This document shows, in pieces, positions 40,367 to 52,700 of a stretch of DNA of 64,000 nt. Origin of the DNA: Podarcis liolepis (lineage: Eukaryota); NCBI GenBank assembly GCA_965112155.1, contig OZ218101.1; one strand, written 5' to 3'. The notes under the pieces are model-generated. The model was not told the origin of the DNA. It ran no database searches and saw nothing but the letters and a program-made list of their open reading frames with translations. The translations under genes were made by a program, and so were the position numbers. Each line of letters begins with the position of its first letter. The stretch's first letter is position 1.

Positions 40367-41725
40367 TGTGACATCATACTGGGTTCATAAGGAAAGGGTT
40401 AACTATTTTTTTAATAACAATTTTTATTAATTTTAACATATGAATTATAATACATACCACAAAACTTCACCACTTGTACAATTGTTTTATGGACTCCCAT
40501 CAGCACCTCTGATGATCCCCCGTTTTGACCACTTCTTAAATTCATATTGCCTTTAATTATCTTAACTAATCATCCTCCCCTTTATCCATTTTTGCAATAA
40601 TTCCAATAATTCACCTCACAAAACTTCTTGCAAACCTACAAACATAGTTTGATCATCACTATTACTTTTCAAATAGTCTGTAAATTTACACCAGTCTTCT
40701 GTGAATTTCTGGTCCCGCAGATTTCGAATCCTTCCTGTTAGTCTGTCTAATTCTGCATTGTCCATTAATTTCATCCTCCATTCTTCTTTAGTCGGTAATT
40801 CTTCTTGCTTCCATTTTTGTGCTAATAATATTCTTGTTGCCGTCGTTGCACATAAAAACAGCTTACATTCTTTTCTATTTATATCACTTCCTACCATGCC
40901 CAGTAAAAGTGCTTCTGGTTTCTTTATGAATGTATATTTCAACATTTTTTTCATCTCATTATATATCATTTCCCAGAAGCTTTTCACTTTTTTACATTCC
41001 CACCACATGTGATAAAATGTTCCTTCTTTTTATTTACATTTCCAACATTTGTTGCTAACTTCATACATTTTAGCTAATTTAACAGGTGTAATATACCATC
41101 TATACATCATTTTCATCACATTTTCTTTTAAGGTGAATGCAGTGAACTTTAAACCTTCTTTCCATAGTTTTTCCCAATCATTCAGCTGTGTATTATACCC
41201 AAAATCTTTAGCCCAATGAATCATAACTGACTTTACCTCCTAAGGAAAGGGTTAACTAATTGTAAAATGACTAAGCAATGGGAACCCAAGGGGCAGAGTT
41301 AACTGTGTATAAGGTTTTAGCACAGAGGTTTTTTTGGAGTGAGAGAGTTAGAGTTAGGGTGGTTGAGAAGACAGTCTGGAGTTACAAGAGACAGAGAAGA
41401 TAAGTCTGTGGGCTGGGCTAGTCTGGTGTGAGAGAGTGAGAAAATTTGTTAAGAGGAGTCAGTCAAACAGTTGAGATAATCAGTTAGAAGGTATAGGCTG
41501 GTAAAGAAACTAAAGTTAAGATACTGACAGGAATATTATCTGAGAAACAATAAACTTGTTAATATTTGTAAAATAAACTTGTCTTTTTGGTTCACTTTTA
41601 ACAACTGTTTGGACTCAGTGTTTTACCAGAGAGTAACGGGTTTGTGGCAGCGGGGAAGCGAGCACAGTGGTGGCACAGGGATAAATAGACCGTTAAACGT
41701 CCGGGGACCCTGTGTGATCTCCACA
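40367..41725 (+). mobile_element. LTR-like element split by an L1 insertion
   Basis: TGTGACA start, TATA-like GTATAAG, AATAAA at ~41549 and ~41572, CCACA end. Continuous once the L1 and one TSD copy are removed. No TSD of its own seen. Confidence 0.55.
40406..41240 (-). mobile_element. L1-clade LINE 3' fragment
   Basis: ORFs 41030-41224 and 40616-41008 give the CWKC...HMWWEC zinc knuckle and KPEALLLG. 18-bp TSD TAAGGAAAGGGTTAACTA at 40388-40405 and 41241-41258. Confidence 0.93.
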
Positions 41726-41898
41726 CCCACCCACGTGCCTCCCTGTGCCTAGTGGTCAACTGCAAGCATGGTTTGTTGTACACACAGACGAACAAACTCA
41801 ACAACATAAGTGAATGCTGTTTTAATAGAATATATAGGATGAAAATCTGATTGATTAGGGTAAGAAAGCAGAAACGGGGTGGAAGAAATTCTAAAGTA

Positions 41899-42686
41899 TG
41901 GTTACCAGATGTCCCCATTTCCCAGGGACAATCCCTAGATTTACAAATCTATCCCCAGACAAAATCCGTCCCCGGAATGTCCCCGGATTTCATTTAATGT
42001 CCCCGGATTTATATTTTAAGTGTTGTAGATTTATTAGCAGGGAATGAATGTTGTGTGATTGGTTCAATGGCACAAGACACATCATATGGGGACTTCTGGT
42101 GAGGCAAAATGGCGGGTGCCATGGCAGTGAGCAGCTCCTGAAGCCAGCCAGAGCCAACTGCACTACCAGGCTGGCTCCGAGCTGCTGAGACTACTGCTGC
42201 CACTGCCACTGCCAAGGGGGAACCAGGGGTGCCCAGCGCGTCAACTGGGGGAACTGCTGACCCCCCGTGATCCAAATCAAGCCGGGAGCGAGAGCACCCA
42301 GCCACCCGGCCGATTGCCCTGTGACGCTCCAGGGCCAGGAAAACCCCGGGGCTGAAACACAGAGAAGGAGGAGAGGAGAAGGAGCCCTGACCTTGCCGCA
42401 CCACTGCTGCCACCGCCACTGAGGAGTAGAGGCAGGAGAGCACCGGAAGGGCAAGGACACGTGGCTGAGCCCAGGCCTGACCTGAGCCTACTCCATGGCA
42501 ACTAGCACTCCAAGAGAGCAGGCCGGGGCCCAGAGAAAGGCTGCATGACAGAGGAGACCACAGAAGAGAAGATATTACTTCTTAATTACTATTATTTTAA
42601 ATAGCTTTTTTAAAATAACTTTTTTTTCCTCTTCTCAAAAAAAAAAAAAGTGTCCCCAGATTTTTCGAAAAAAATCTGGTAGACTC
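41899..42686. mobile_element. Non-autonomous DNA transposon (hAT-like) with GC-rich core
   Basis: Imperfect inverted ends GGTTACCAGAT / ATCTGGTAGAC and subterminal GTCCCCGGA repeats. The same end type occurs at 47851-47970. Confidence 0.6.
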
Positions 42687-43856
42687 ATTCTAAAGACTAT
42701 ACAGATGCAACTTGCTCCAAGCAGCTAAGGACAAGAGGCAGCAGGATGGCTGATTCTAGATGGTTCTATCTGAAGTAAGAAATTTGAGAAGCCAAAGGAA
42801 ACATCAGTGATCTCCGATAAGTTCACATGCGTACAGTAATCAGACAGAAAATCTCCAAAGGACCAAAATTGTGCTTAGTAGTAAGTTTGAAAGCTTAAAC
42901 AGCAGACAGGCTGTTTTATCAACGGGGGGGGGGGGCATTTTCAAATAAAGAACACATTTCTGATATCTGAGAAAAACCACATCAGCTATTATTTATTTAT
43001 TTGTGTGTGTGTTTTTCAAAGGTATATACTGCACCTTTACCTAAAAATTGGTTTCAGGGCAGAATGCATAAGAAATAGAATGTCAAACATAACCAACAGC
43101 AATGCAACAAAACTAAAAGGAATAAAACTATTCAACCAGCTTAAATACACCATGATTCTCAATGCCTGGGTTAATAAAAATGTTTTAACCCAGCAGTTGG
43201 AAGAATACAGTGCCAGCACTAGGCATACCACTCTTGGAGAGCATTCCACAATTGGGGCACCAACACAGAGAATATTGTCTCCTTTGTATATGTGTGCTTT
43301 CCCTAATGATAGGACATGGGAAAGGACCTCCCGCAACTCTCTCAAAGCATAGGCAAGTTGATAAAGGAAGAGGAACATCTTCAAATATTTGTGTTCAAAG
43401 CCTTTTATGTATCTATTGCAACATACATTTTCCTAGGAATCGCCCCACTAAACACAGTATGTTTTACTTCCTAAAATACACTGAAAGTTCATTAAAAAAA
43501 GTTCCAATTCAAGTTCTCACTCCAAAAAGGAATTAGTTCAAGTTCAAGTTCACCCCCTTCAGAAGGGAACCGATTCTGCTCCAGTTGAATTGACAGCTTG
43601 ATCCTCAATGCATCCCTGCCATCCTTGGCATTTTTATTTCAGGCCTTCCTAATTTTATAAGCTTCTCTGATAAAGTGTAAAATATACTTGAAAAGACCAA
43701 TTAAGAAAACATCAAAGCACACACAGTGTACTGTGAACAGCAAAGATGCACTACAAAATGAACTTCATTCTCATTCAGTTCTCATGGAAACTTCAGAAAC
43801 TGCATCAAGTGGCTTAAGAAAATCATAGAATCCCAACTACCACCCCTTTAGCTTTG

Positions 43857-44085
43857 NNNNNNNNNNNNNNNNNNNNNNNNNNNNNNNNNNNNNNNNNNNN
43901 NNNNNNNNNNNNNNNNNNNNNNNNNNNNNNNNNNNNNNNNNNNNNNNNNNNNNNNNNNNNNNNNNNNNNNNNNNNNNNNNNNNNNNNNNNNNNNNNNNNN
44001 NNNNNNNNNNNNNNNNNNNNNNNNNNNNNNNNNNNNNNNNNNNNNNNNNNNNNNNNNNNNNNNNNNNNNNNNNNNNNNNNNNNNN
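43857..44085. other. Assembly gap (N run)
   Basis: Continuous Ns, located between the two divergent genes. Confidence 1.
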
Positions 44086-44329
44086 TTGGAGGAAAGAATC
44101 CTCAAATTCGGGTGTCCTTTTAAGAAAGAATAGAATCATAGAACAAGCCAGTTCAAATGATACAAAGATCTATCAGACCCAAAGTCATTTAAGATCAATC
44201 CAAACATTGAAAGTGTTTTAATAGAGCGTTCCATATTTACCAAAGAATTGATGCAGTTTTACTTAGAAATGAAAGAAGGAAGTAGTAAAATACCACAAGA
44301 AGGCGTTTGGTTTTTAAAACATTTGTGCG

Positions 44330-44400
<71 letters not shown>

Positions 44401-44405
44401 ACACA
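44330..44405. repeat. Compound (CT)n(AC)n microsatellite
   Basis: Seen directly. Confidence 0.95.
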
Positions 44406-44944
44406 ATTTAAAAACAGATTTGTGTAAGAGCAGCTTTCCAGATACAGTACTGTCTGTTCTTATTTTATCAGTTAATGATGCCCCTCACCACAGAGAAAAG
44501 TACACACACAAAGGGAAATACCACAATTATTTGGCTAAAACAAGTGGTGCTGTTTCTGCTGTGTTTCCATGAACTTTAACTTTTAGCAAGAAATTTCTCT
44601 TTTATAGTCCCACTCAAACTCTGTGAAACGTTTCCGCACCCAAGTGCTAACAATAGTTCAGTCACCAACCTCTTTGAGCCTGAAATTTTGAGAAAGTGCT
44701 GTGGGCATCAGTAATAAAATGAATGCAACTGAGAAAGTAGAAAAAAGACAAAGGACCACAAAATGGTGCAGACATGTTGCCACCTCATCTTCAGGTCCCA
44801 ACCATGTGGAAAAGGTACCTCCAACAACCACCACTGTGCTCACTCATATGAAAGCCTTTGCACCTCACCTTTGTTCAGACTGAGCCCTATGTGTTCAATC
44901 ACTTCATCAGAAAAATGTAGGCATGTTTAAGGTAGCCAGTTCAA

Positions 44945-45078
44945 TGGAGAGGAGGCCCCCTTCCTTGGAGGTTCTTAAGCAGAGGTTGGACAGCTGTCTT
45001 GTAGGGTTTAGTTGAGATTCTTGCATTGCAGGGGGGTGGACTAGATGCACCTACCAACTTTATGGTTCTATGATTCTA
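44945..45078 (+). mobile_element. CR1 LINE 3' end
   Basis: CCTTCCTTGGAGGTTCTTAAGCAGAGGTTGGA...TTCTATGATTCTAT octamer tail. Confidence 0.8.
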
Positions 45079-46129
45079 TTATAAGGAAAGCATTAGGTGA
45101 AGTATTAACTCAGTTGGGTTATTTATTGTGCGTGTTATTCTTCATGAACCTTAAAATCACCATCAGCAAAACATTTTGGCAAGGACCTCTCTAGGGTTCA
45201 GTGGGCCTGTTTAGGGTGAATTATTCTTCATGCACCATCAAAAACATAAGGAAGTCACCAGAAGCAAAAGTAAGTGCTCCATTATACTTCCTTGTTCAAT
45301 GGGATTAGAAGCGAAAAAGGAAATTCATGAAAGACTGATGCAACACTCCTCATGAGAACAACATATATACCCTCGCTTTCTCAGTAAAGCACACTTTGCA
45401 AGTGCACTACCAAAGCTTCTCTCAACTACACATCTCTCTGAGCCCATATGAGGAGGAGGAGGTAAGAATAACACCCCACTCAGCAGAAAAGGGGCTACAT
45501 TCACAACCTTTACGACAAGCTTGGTGGAGAAGGGGTGGGCAGCAGCAAGAGTAGTTCCCGTAACCCCACCACCCAATCCCTATCTGCTAACCTTCCATAT
45601 GCTAAGTGCCCAATCCCTCCATCAGCATGGCAGCAGTCACCAGTCCTGTCCCAGCCCAGGTCTTTGCCACTCTCAATTCCTCATCATCAAAGTTCAACCC
45701 CCCCTTCAAACTTCCATTGTTTTGGCCCTCCAGAATATTCCCACAGACCCAAACAGGTGCTTCAATCTGTTCTGTCAGTCTCAACATCCCTGCCATCCTT
45801 CTGGCCTCAAACATCCACACATCCACCAATCCTCTAAGCTGCCAAAACTGTTCAGTTGCAAGTTCTACACTCTCTGTACCCTTAGATTGCAGCAGTTTCA
45901 TGTTGGGGAAATGCTTTCAGGTTCATTTGGTCCTTGCTTGTGGGGGGGAAGGTTACTGCCATGTTCTATGAGTATTTCTTTCCAAAGCTTCATTGCTCAC
46001 ATGAGCAGTCCCCATCAATGTATTTATTTATATTCAAATATTTATAAATGACATTTTCATATAAAAGATAGCAAGCACAGCAGAATACTAGGGGGAAAAA
46101 CACATGATAAGAAAACTGCCTGGTGAATA

Positions 46130-46183
46130 ATCTATCATCTGTCTATCTGTCTATCTGTCTATCTGTCTATCTATCTACCTATC
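46130..46183. repeat. (TATC/TGTC)n microsatellite
   Basis: Seen directly. Confidence 0.9.
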
Positions 46184-46642
46184 TTATTAGCCAGCTCTAA
46201 CAAGAAAGAACGTTTTTAAAAAAGCTGAACTTCAGTATTGCATGTCCCATTGAGGGAACATTGTAGAACATTAAAAAGAAACCCTCTTTATAAAAGCTAC
46301 TGAACACAAAACACAGTAGCCATCAGAATTGCTTTGTCCACAGAAAGTCTGCACAAAGTCTTTCATTTATACAACAGAACTCCTCCCCTTCACTCCTTTC
46401 CTAACACACCCCACAAATCTGTTCTGGAGGCTTTGCTAACCCTCCAACCCAGATTTGGGGAGAGCACAGGAAAAGGGAAGGCAGTTGTGTTACACAAATG
46501 AAAGTCCTTGCGGCGTGATAACAGAATGGCTTTGCAGGATACCACTCAAAGGAAAAATGTACCAAAGCAATGAAATAAAAGAAATCCCCCTCTTTCACTT
46601 TAGGACTCATTCCTCCCCACTTTTAAAGAAAAGAAAAATAGC

Positions 46643-46730
46643 ATGGTAGCCACTCTAGGATTTGCTGACACAGTTCGGCTCATTGTTCTGTTGTACTCTA
46701 TTTTCTACAGAACCTTTGGACAGGAGGAGG
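46643..46730 (+). CDS. CSF2RA-like exon: signal peptide
   Basis: 88 nt; [29 protein letters not shown]; Kozak-like AGCATGG, AGG|gtaagt phase-1 donor, possible upstream acceptor at 46628. Confidence 0.75.
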
Positions 46731-49700
46731 GTAAGTATATATTTTCAAGTTGATTAGCAGGTTATATTGCAGATATTAATATTGCAGAGATCAAAGTGGC
46801 TGGGTGCATAAGAACTGACTACTTTTGGAAATAAACATTGTCCAATCCCGTAAAAATATTATTCAAAGCTTACTTGCAGAAATTTTTCGAGAACAGAACA
46901 AAATACATCAAATGATACATCCAAAACATCCGTGCAATGTCTTGTGCTGTCCAGCACAGGCTCAGCATCTTAGAAATGAAAGATAATTCCAAAAATCCAA
47001 ACTGTATCTCTGTTCCACATTCCAGCCCCCAGTGGCCTTAGCCTGTGCATTTCTTTTGGTGAGCCATCTACATCCTTTTGTTCTTTGTGGCATCCAGAGA
47101 AAGGCTAAAAGCCACCATTCTTTCAAGATGGTGATTTTACAACTCAGTAACTTCATCACATGCTCAAAGGTTACATTAGAGTAACAGGATACATTAGAGA
47201 AACAGAAAACACTCAGTGGGTAATTATTGTCCCATTTAGGAGCTTAGAGTACTTTAGAAAACTTGGGGGAAATCCAAATTAGAGATACACATTTATCCAT
47301 TCTCCATGTTAAACTATCATTAATACACGGGCATTTGCTCATTTCTGTGTAAATAAAACCAATTACTGTATACTTAACAGATGATACCGGTATACAGGTA
47401 TATGAGTCATTCATTCCTATACCAGCATGTTTGAGTACAGAACTGCTGCCAGGGTATGCATAACTCTGGTGACAAGGGGTGTGATATGGGGTTAGCATTC
47501 TGACCTCATATTGATTGAATTTAGAACACCCTAGGGTGAACATTGGTAATGGAACTTGTAGAGAAACACCACTTGACCTTAAAAAGGAATCACTTTCATA
47601 GAATCATAGAAATGTAGAGTTTGAAGGGACACCGAGGGTCGTCTAGTACAGCCCCCTGCAATGCAGGAATAAGAGCTGAAGAATCCCTGACAGATGGTCA
47701 TTCCATCTCTGGTTAAATGTCTCCAGTGAAAAAGAGTCCACCACCTTCCAAGGTAGTCCATTCTATTGTCCAACAGCTCTTGCCATCAGAAAGTTCTTCT
47801 TCATGTTTAGTCGAACCTCATTCAAACTTATAGGATGAGCACATTAACTTAAGGTTACCAGATTTTTTTCAATGAATCTAGGGGCACTTTTCAACCAATG
47901 GATTTTGTATGGGTACTGATTTGTAAATCTGGTGACTGTCCTTGGGAAACGGGGATGTCTGGTAACCTTACATTAACTCTTCTCAGAAGAACCCATGCAG
48001 GCAGCGGCGGAGCAAGCCGATCGGGTGCCTGGGGTGGCGAGCGTGCCCTGTACCCAGCCGGGACAGGACGCTCTGCAGGGCCTCCAAGGAGTCTGCCTGC
48101 CTCCTCCCACTCAGCTGCCCTACAGCTGAGGGGGAGGCAGTGGGCAGACTGTTTGGGCCGAGCGGAGCCTGCAGGTGCCCAAGCCACCGTGTCACTTCCA
48201 GGAGAGACGTGTGGCTCGGGAGCGCTGCAGGCCCTGCAGTGAATGCCACCCAGCATTTTGTCACCCCCTTCAATGGTGACACCTGGGCGGATCGCACCTA
48301 CCTGCACCCCCCTTCCTTCACCCCTGCATGCAGCTACTCAGACTCAGAACCAAACTCATGTACATGGATGACACATATATGAGATGATGATAAAAGTACT
48401 CTGAGCATTTCAATGCATGTTACTAAACATGATCTTTCCTAATTTTTCTCCCCAGGACTGGAAGGGACATCAGCTGAAAATTTATCCTGTGTCATTTACA
48501 CAGTTCATGTTACCTCAATGGATTGCACTTGGGATGCTGGCAGGAATGCCCCTAATGACGTCCAGTATTTTCTCAACTTGATATATTTGTAATTCATTTT
48601 CATTTGTTAAACGGGGGTGGGGAAGGGAATGGTTAGAGTATGCTACTCCTGGTTGGATTTTTAACAAAATATTTTTGCATGCAGCGAAAACGATGGAGAA
48701 AGCATTGAATGTCCCCAATACAAAAATAATGAACTTGGAAGACATGTTGGGTGCCATTTTCCTAATATGAAAGTTCCTGAGAATCATATTACCCTCCAGG
48801 TGACTGGCTCAAGCAAAGAATCACCAATTCAGACTTTGGATCACCAAGCCTGGCCTTTCGATTATGGTAAGAGAGGGTGGAGTATATTGGTTTACTTTTT
48901 TCTGCCAGCAGTACTAGAAATTTTGATATAGCTATAAATCTGGGATGGGAAAATGTGGCCTCAATATTAGATTCTGACTCCCATCGCCACTGATCACAGG
49001 TTAGGTTGGCTGGGGCTGCTGGGAGTCCAACCACATCTGGAGAGTCAGATGTCGTGCAACCCTTTAATAGGCCTTTACTTTAAAATGCTTGTAAAATTAT
49101 CATTAAACAACCTCAAAAACATATCTGACTGCTTCTACATCACAGCTTTTCAGTGGCAGATACACCCACCCCCATCCTGTACCCTTGCATGACCTCACAC
49201 CATAACATTCCTGGCTATAAACCTGGCCACACTCACCCATAGTGTATGTGAATCTAAAATATTTAAGAGAGGGATGGAAGACTGACCACTCTAATGCCCT
49301 TGTAATCTCTACCGTCAAGTAAAAGATGGGTTATTTCATTCCAGAAAAACTTGCCCCACCGCAATTTATCACTGTGAATTGTCGTGAACTGCTATTGTAT
49401 TGTAAAGTAGAATGGAAACATCCTCCAACTGCTACTACAAATGCAGATTACTGTTTTAAGTACCAGATAAAGGTAAGAGGCCATTGTGGTTCTCTTCGTT
49501 GAATTGTTTTTTGTCATCTTTGCTCGTCCCATGTGCATATTTCAATTAGACATCCAAAGGGGGGGGGGATGACCATTTCACATTCTGAAATTGTTATGAG
49601 TTGAATAGAATCCAAAATGCAGCAGTCTGATTGGTCCGCAGGAGCCACCCAATCCAGCTCCAGGTGGAAGTGAATCCACAACCTGATTGGCCTACAGGAG

Positions 49701-52700
49701 AATCCTGGAATTAGCCAATCACATGCAGCCCATTGTGTAAATAATGTATATAAAGCAGATATTTGGGGGGAACTTTCATTCCTCCTCACCACTATGAGCT
49801 GAATAAAGAGCATGAAATCCACTCTTGGCTCCGAGTATATTTCAGAAATATGTCCAGCTTTCAAATGTATATAGAATTCAGTTTTGCAGAGGACCCAGTA
49901 CTGCTACTCTGGGATTGGTGAGGCACATGAGGAATCAACAAGATTCAACAAGATGGATGGGCTAAGAGAAAAGGGTCTAGCTGCAGTGTAGAATTACCAT
50001 CAGCAAAATGCCCCAAGCCAATCCTGTTTGTCATGTCAAACAGTGGAGCAAAGAAAGGATTGGGAGGAAAGTTAAACCATCTACCCACAAGTAAGTCACA
50101 GACACATGTAATCAATTGCTGTTGACAACTTTTGCCTTCCTTGCTGATTAAAGTATCCAGCTGAATTTGTGAAATCAAGCATACTTTGAAAAAACCACAA
50201 AGAAAAATTGACACCAGTACCAACTAAAAATGTTACCTTTTTCCCTTAAGGATGTACTGAGAAATGGAATTATAACAGTAAGTATTGTTACTCTATATAA
50301 ACACTTACACATGGGGGAATGAATTTAGGAATGAGACAGCCACGTGTATGTTGCTGTGGGTTACATACTGGAAGAAAAATGGGGTATAAATGCGCGGTAT
50401 AGTAAAATTTGGTCACAACGTTCTGAAATAGGGCCAGTCTAGAAGTTCTATCTAGGTGTCTCCCTGTTTGTTTTGTTTTTTTAATCTACTTTGCTTTCTG
50501 ATGTCTTCTAATCTGGGTTAAAGGGATGCGGGTGGTGCTGTGGGTTAAAACCACAGAGCCTAGGACTTGCCAATCAGAAGGTCTGTGGTTCAAATCCCCA
50601 CAACAGGGTGAGCTCCCGTTGCTTGGTCCCTGCTCCTGCCAACCTAGCAGTTTGAAAGCATGTCAAAGTGCAAGTAGATAAATAGGCGCCGCTCCGGTGG
50701 GAAGGTAAACGGCATTTCCATGTGTTGCTCTGGTTCACCAGAAGTGGCTTAGTCATGCTGGCCACATGACCCGGAAGCTGTACCCCGGCCCCCTCGGCCA
50801 ATAAAATGAGATGAGCACCACAACCCCAGAGTCAGTCAGGACTGCACCTAATGGTCAAGGGTCCCTTTGTTGTTGTTGTTTAGTCATTTAGTCGTGTTCG
50901 ACTTTTCGTGACCCCATGGACCAGACCATGCCAGGCACTTCTGTTTTCCACTGCCTCCCGCAGTTTGGTCAGACTCATGTTTGTAGCTTCAAGAACACTG
51001 TCCAACCATCTCGTCCTCTGTCGTCCCCTTCTCCTTGTGCCCTCCATCTTTTCCAACATCAGGGTCTTTTCCAGGGAGTCTTCTCTTCTCATGAGGTGGC
51101 CAAAGTATTGGAGCCTCAGCTTCATGATCTGTCCTTCCAGTGAGCACTCAGGGCTAATTTCCTTAAGAATGGATGCGTTTGATCTTCTTGCAGTCCATGG
51201 GACTCTCAAGAGTCTCCTCCAGCACCATAATTCAAAAGCATCAATTCTTCGTCGATCAGCCTTCTTTATGGTCCAGCTCTCACTTCCATACATCACTACT
51301 GGGAAAACCATGGCTTTAACTATACGGATCCCTTTACCTTTACCTAAAGGGTCCCTTTACCTTTACCTAATCTGGGTTAATGATAGATGGCTGGTGAAAG
51401 AGGCAGAGAAGGGAAAATCTCCCAGGGTGGGAGACTGGGAACATATAGAGGGAATCTCCCAGGTAAGAGCTGGGAGGGTCCACCCCCTTCTGTGTGAGAC
51501 AAAGGTTAAGATATGCTTATGAGAGAGGCCTTTGTATCCTCCACCCATTTCTATCTCTATTATTTCTATTATTTCTATTATTTTCTATTTCTATTTCTAT
51601 TTCTATTATTTCTATTTCTATTATTTCTATTTCATTTCCCTTTTTTCTTTTTATTCAGATTAGTTTGCTTTTTAATGTATGGTATAATGAAACATTTTAA
51701 TAAAAATTTCATGGCAAACCCCCTCCCCACATGAAGGCTTGGGAGAATCACAGAAGTAAGGCTGTGGACCATAGTTTGAATTGGCTATACATACTCAGGT
51801 AAATCTAGGAAGGACCACAGTTCTCCTCTCCCTTGCCCTTAAGACAAACATATTGTGACTTTTCTTGAGTTTCGACTTCTAATCTCTTAATAGTAGTTGT
51901 AAAACCGAAGAATTATTAATATCCTGCTACTGAGCATATTTACCTAAAAGGCAGCTATAGTGATTTTCCAAGGGGAAAGTATTTTCCTAGTGAGTGAATT
52001 AAGGCAGCAGCTTGTTGAATGCTTTTGCACAAGAGAAATAGCCGTCTTTACATTACACAGTGGAATTGGGTGGGCACCACTAATACTATTTAAAAAATCA
52101 AATCGTTCAATGCAAATTGGCATGTAACTTCACCTACAAAGGAATAAACCAGATTAATATCTTCCTTTTAAGAAAAAAACTGGGAAAACCTACCACTTGT
52201 TTCCGAAGGATAAAGAATACATCTTGAAGCTTCGTGCAGCTGGACAGTATTGCACTGTTGGAGAAGAATGGAGTGACTGGAGTGAACTAATTAAATTTGG
52301 TAAGGTTACAGATTTTTCTCTCTCCATGTTCTTCTTCCTTTGCCCTGATCTCTATCATACTGCCTAAGTGGCTAACTCAGGTTTGAGAAGTGCCTCTATC
52401 AGTTTGGGAAACAAGGCAATCGAAAATGGTTTTTTGCACATTAAACAACATCCTTGGTATTCAGAAATATATATGGGGTTTTTTTTTTAAAAAAATCATT
52501 GTTTAATAAACAAAAACAGCTTATTCTTCCAGTTTCCAAGATTTATGGAGACCTGTGTCAGGTATCAGGGAATCCGATCCCCCCACCCCCACGGTAGGCT
52601 GCCAGGAACAGATAGACAAAGAAAGTTCTTACCAATGTCTTTTATTCAATATTCACAGAGAGAGGCTTAGAAATGCAGCCTCTTGGAGTAATGGCATTGT

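Noticed and set aside
42100-42540. GC-rich stretch resembling a CpG-island promoter between the two genes
   Set aside because: It lies inside an element bounded by inverted termini and looks like transposon internal sequence. Co-option cannot be excluded but is unsupported.
48456-52299. Calling the CSF2RA-like gene a pseudogene
   Set aside because: All identified exons are open and in phase with canonical splice sites and conserved cysteines and WSDWS. The TAA after 48588 is part of the gtaatt donor.
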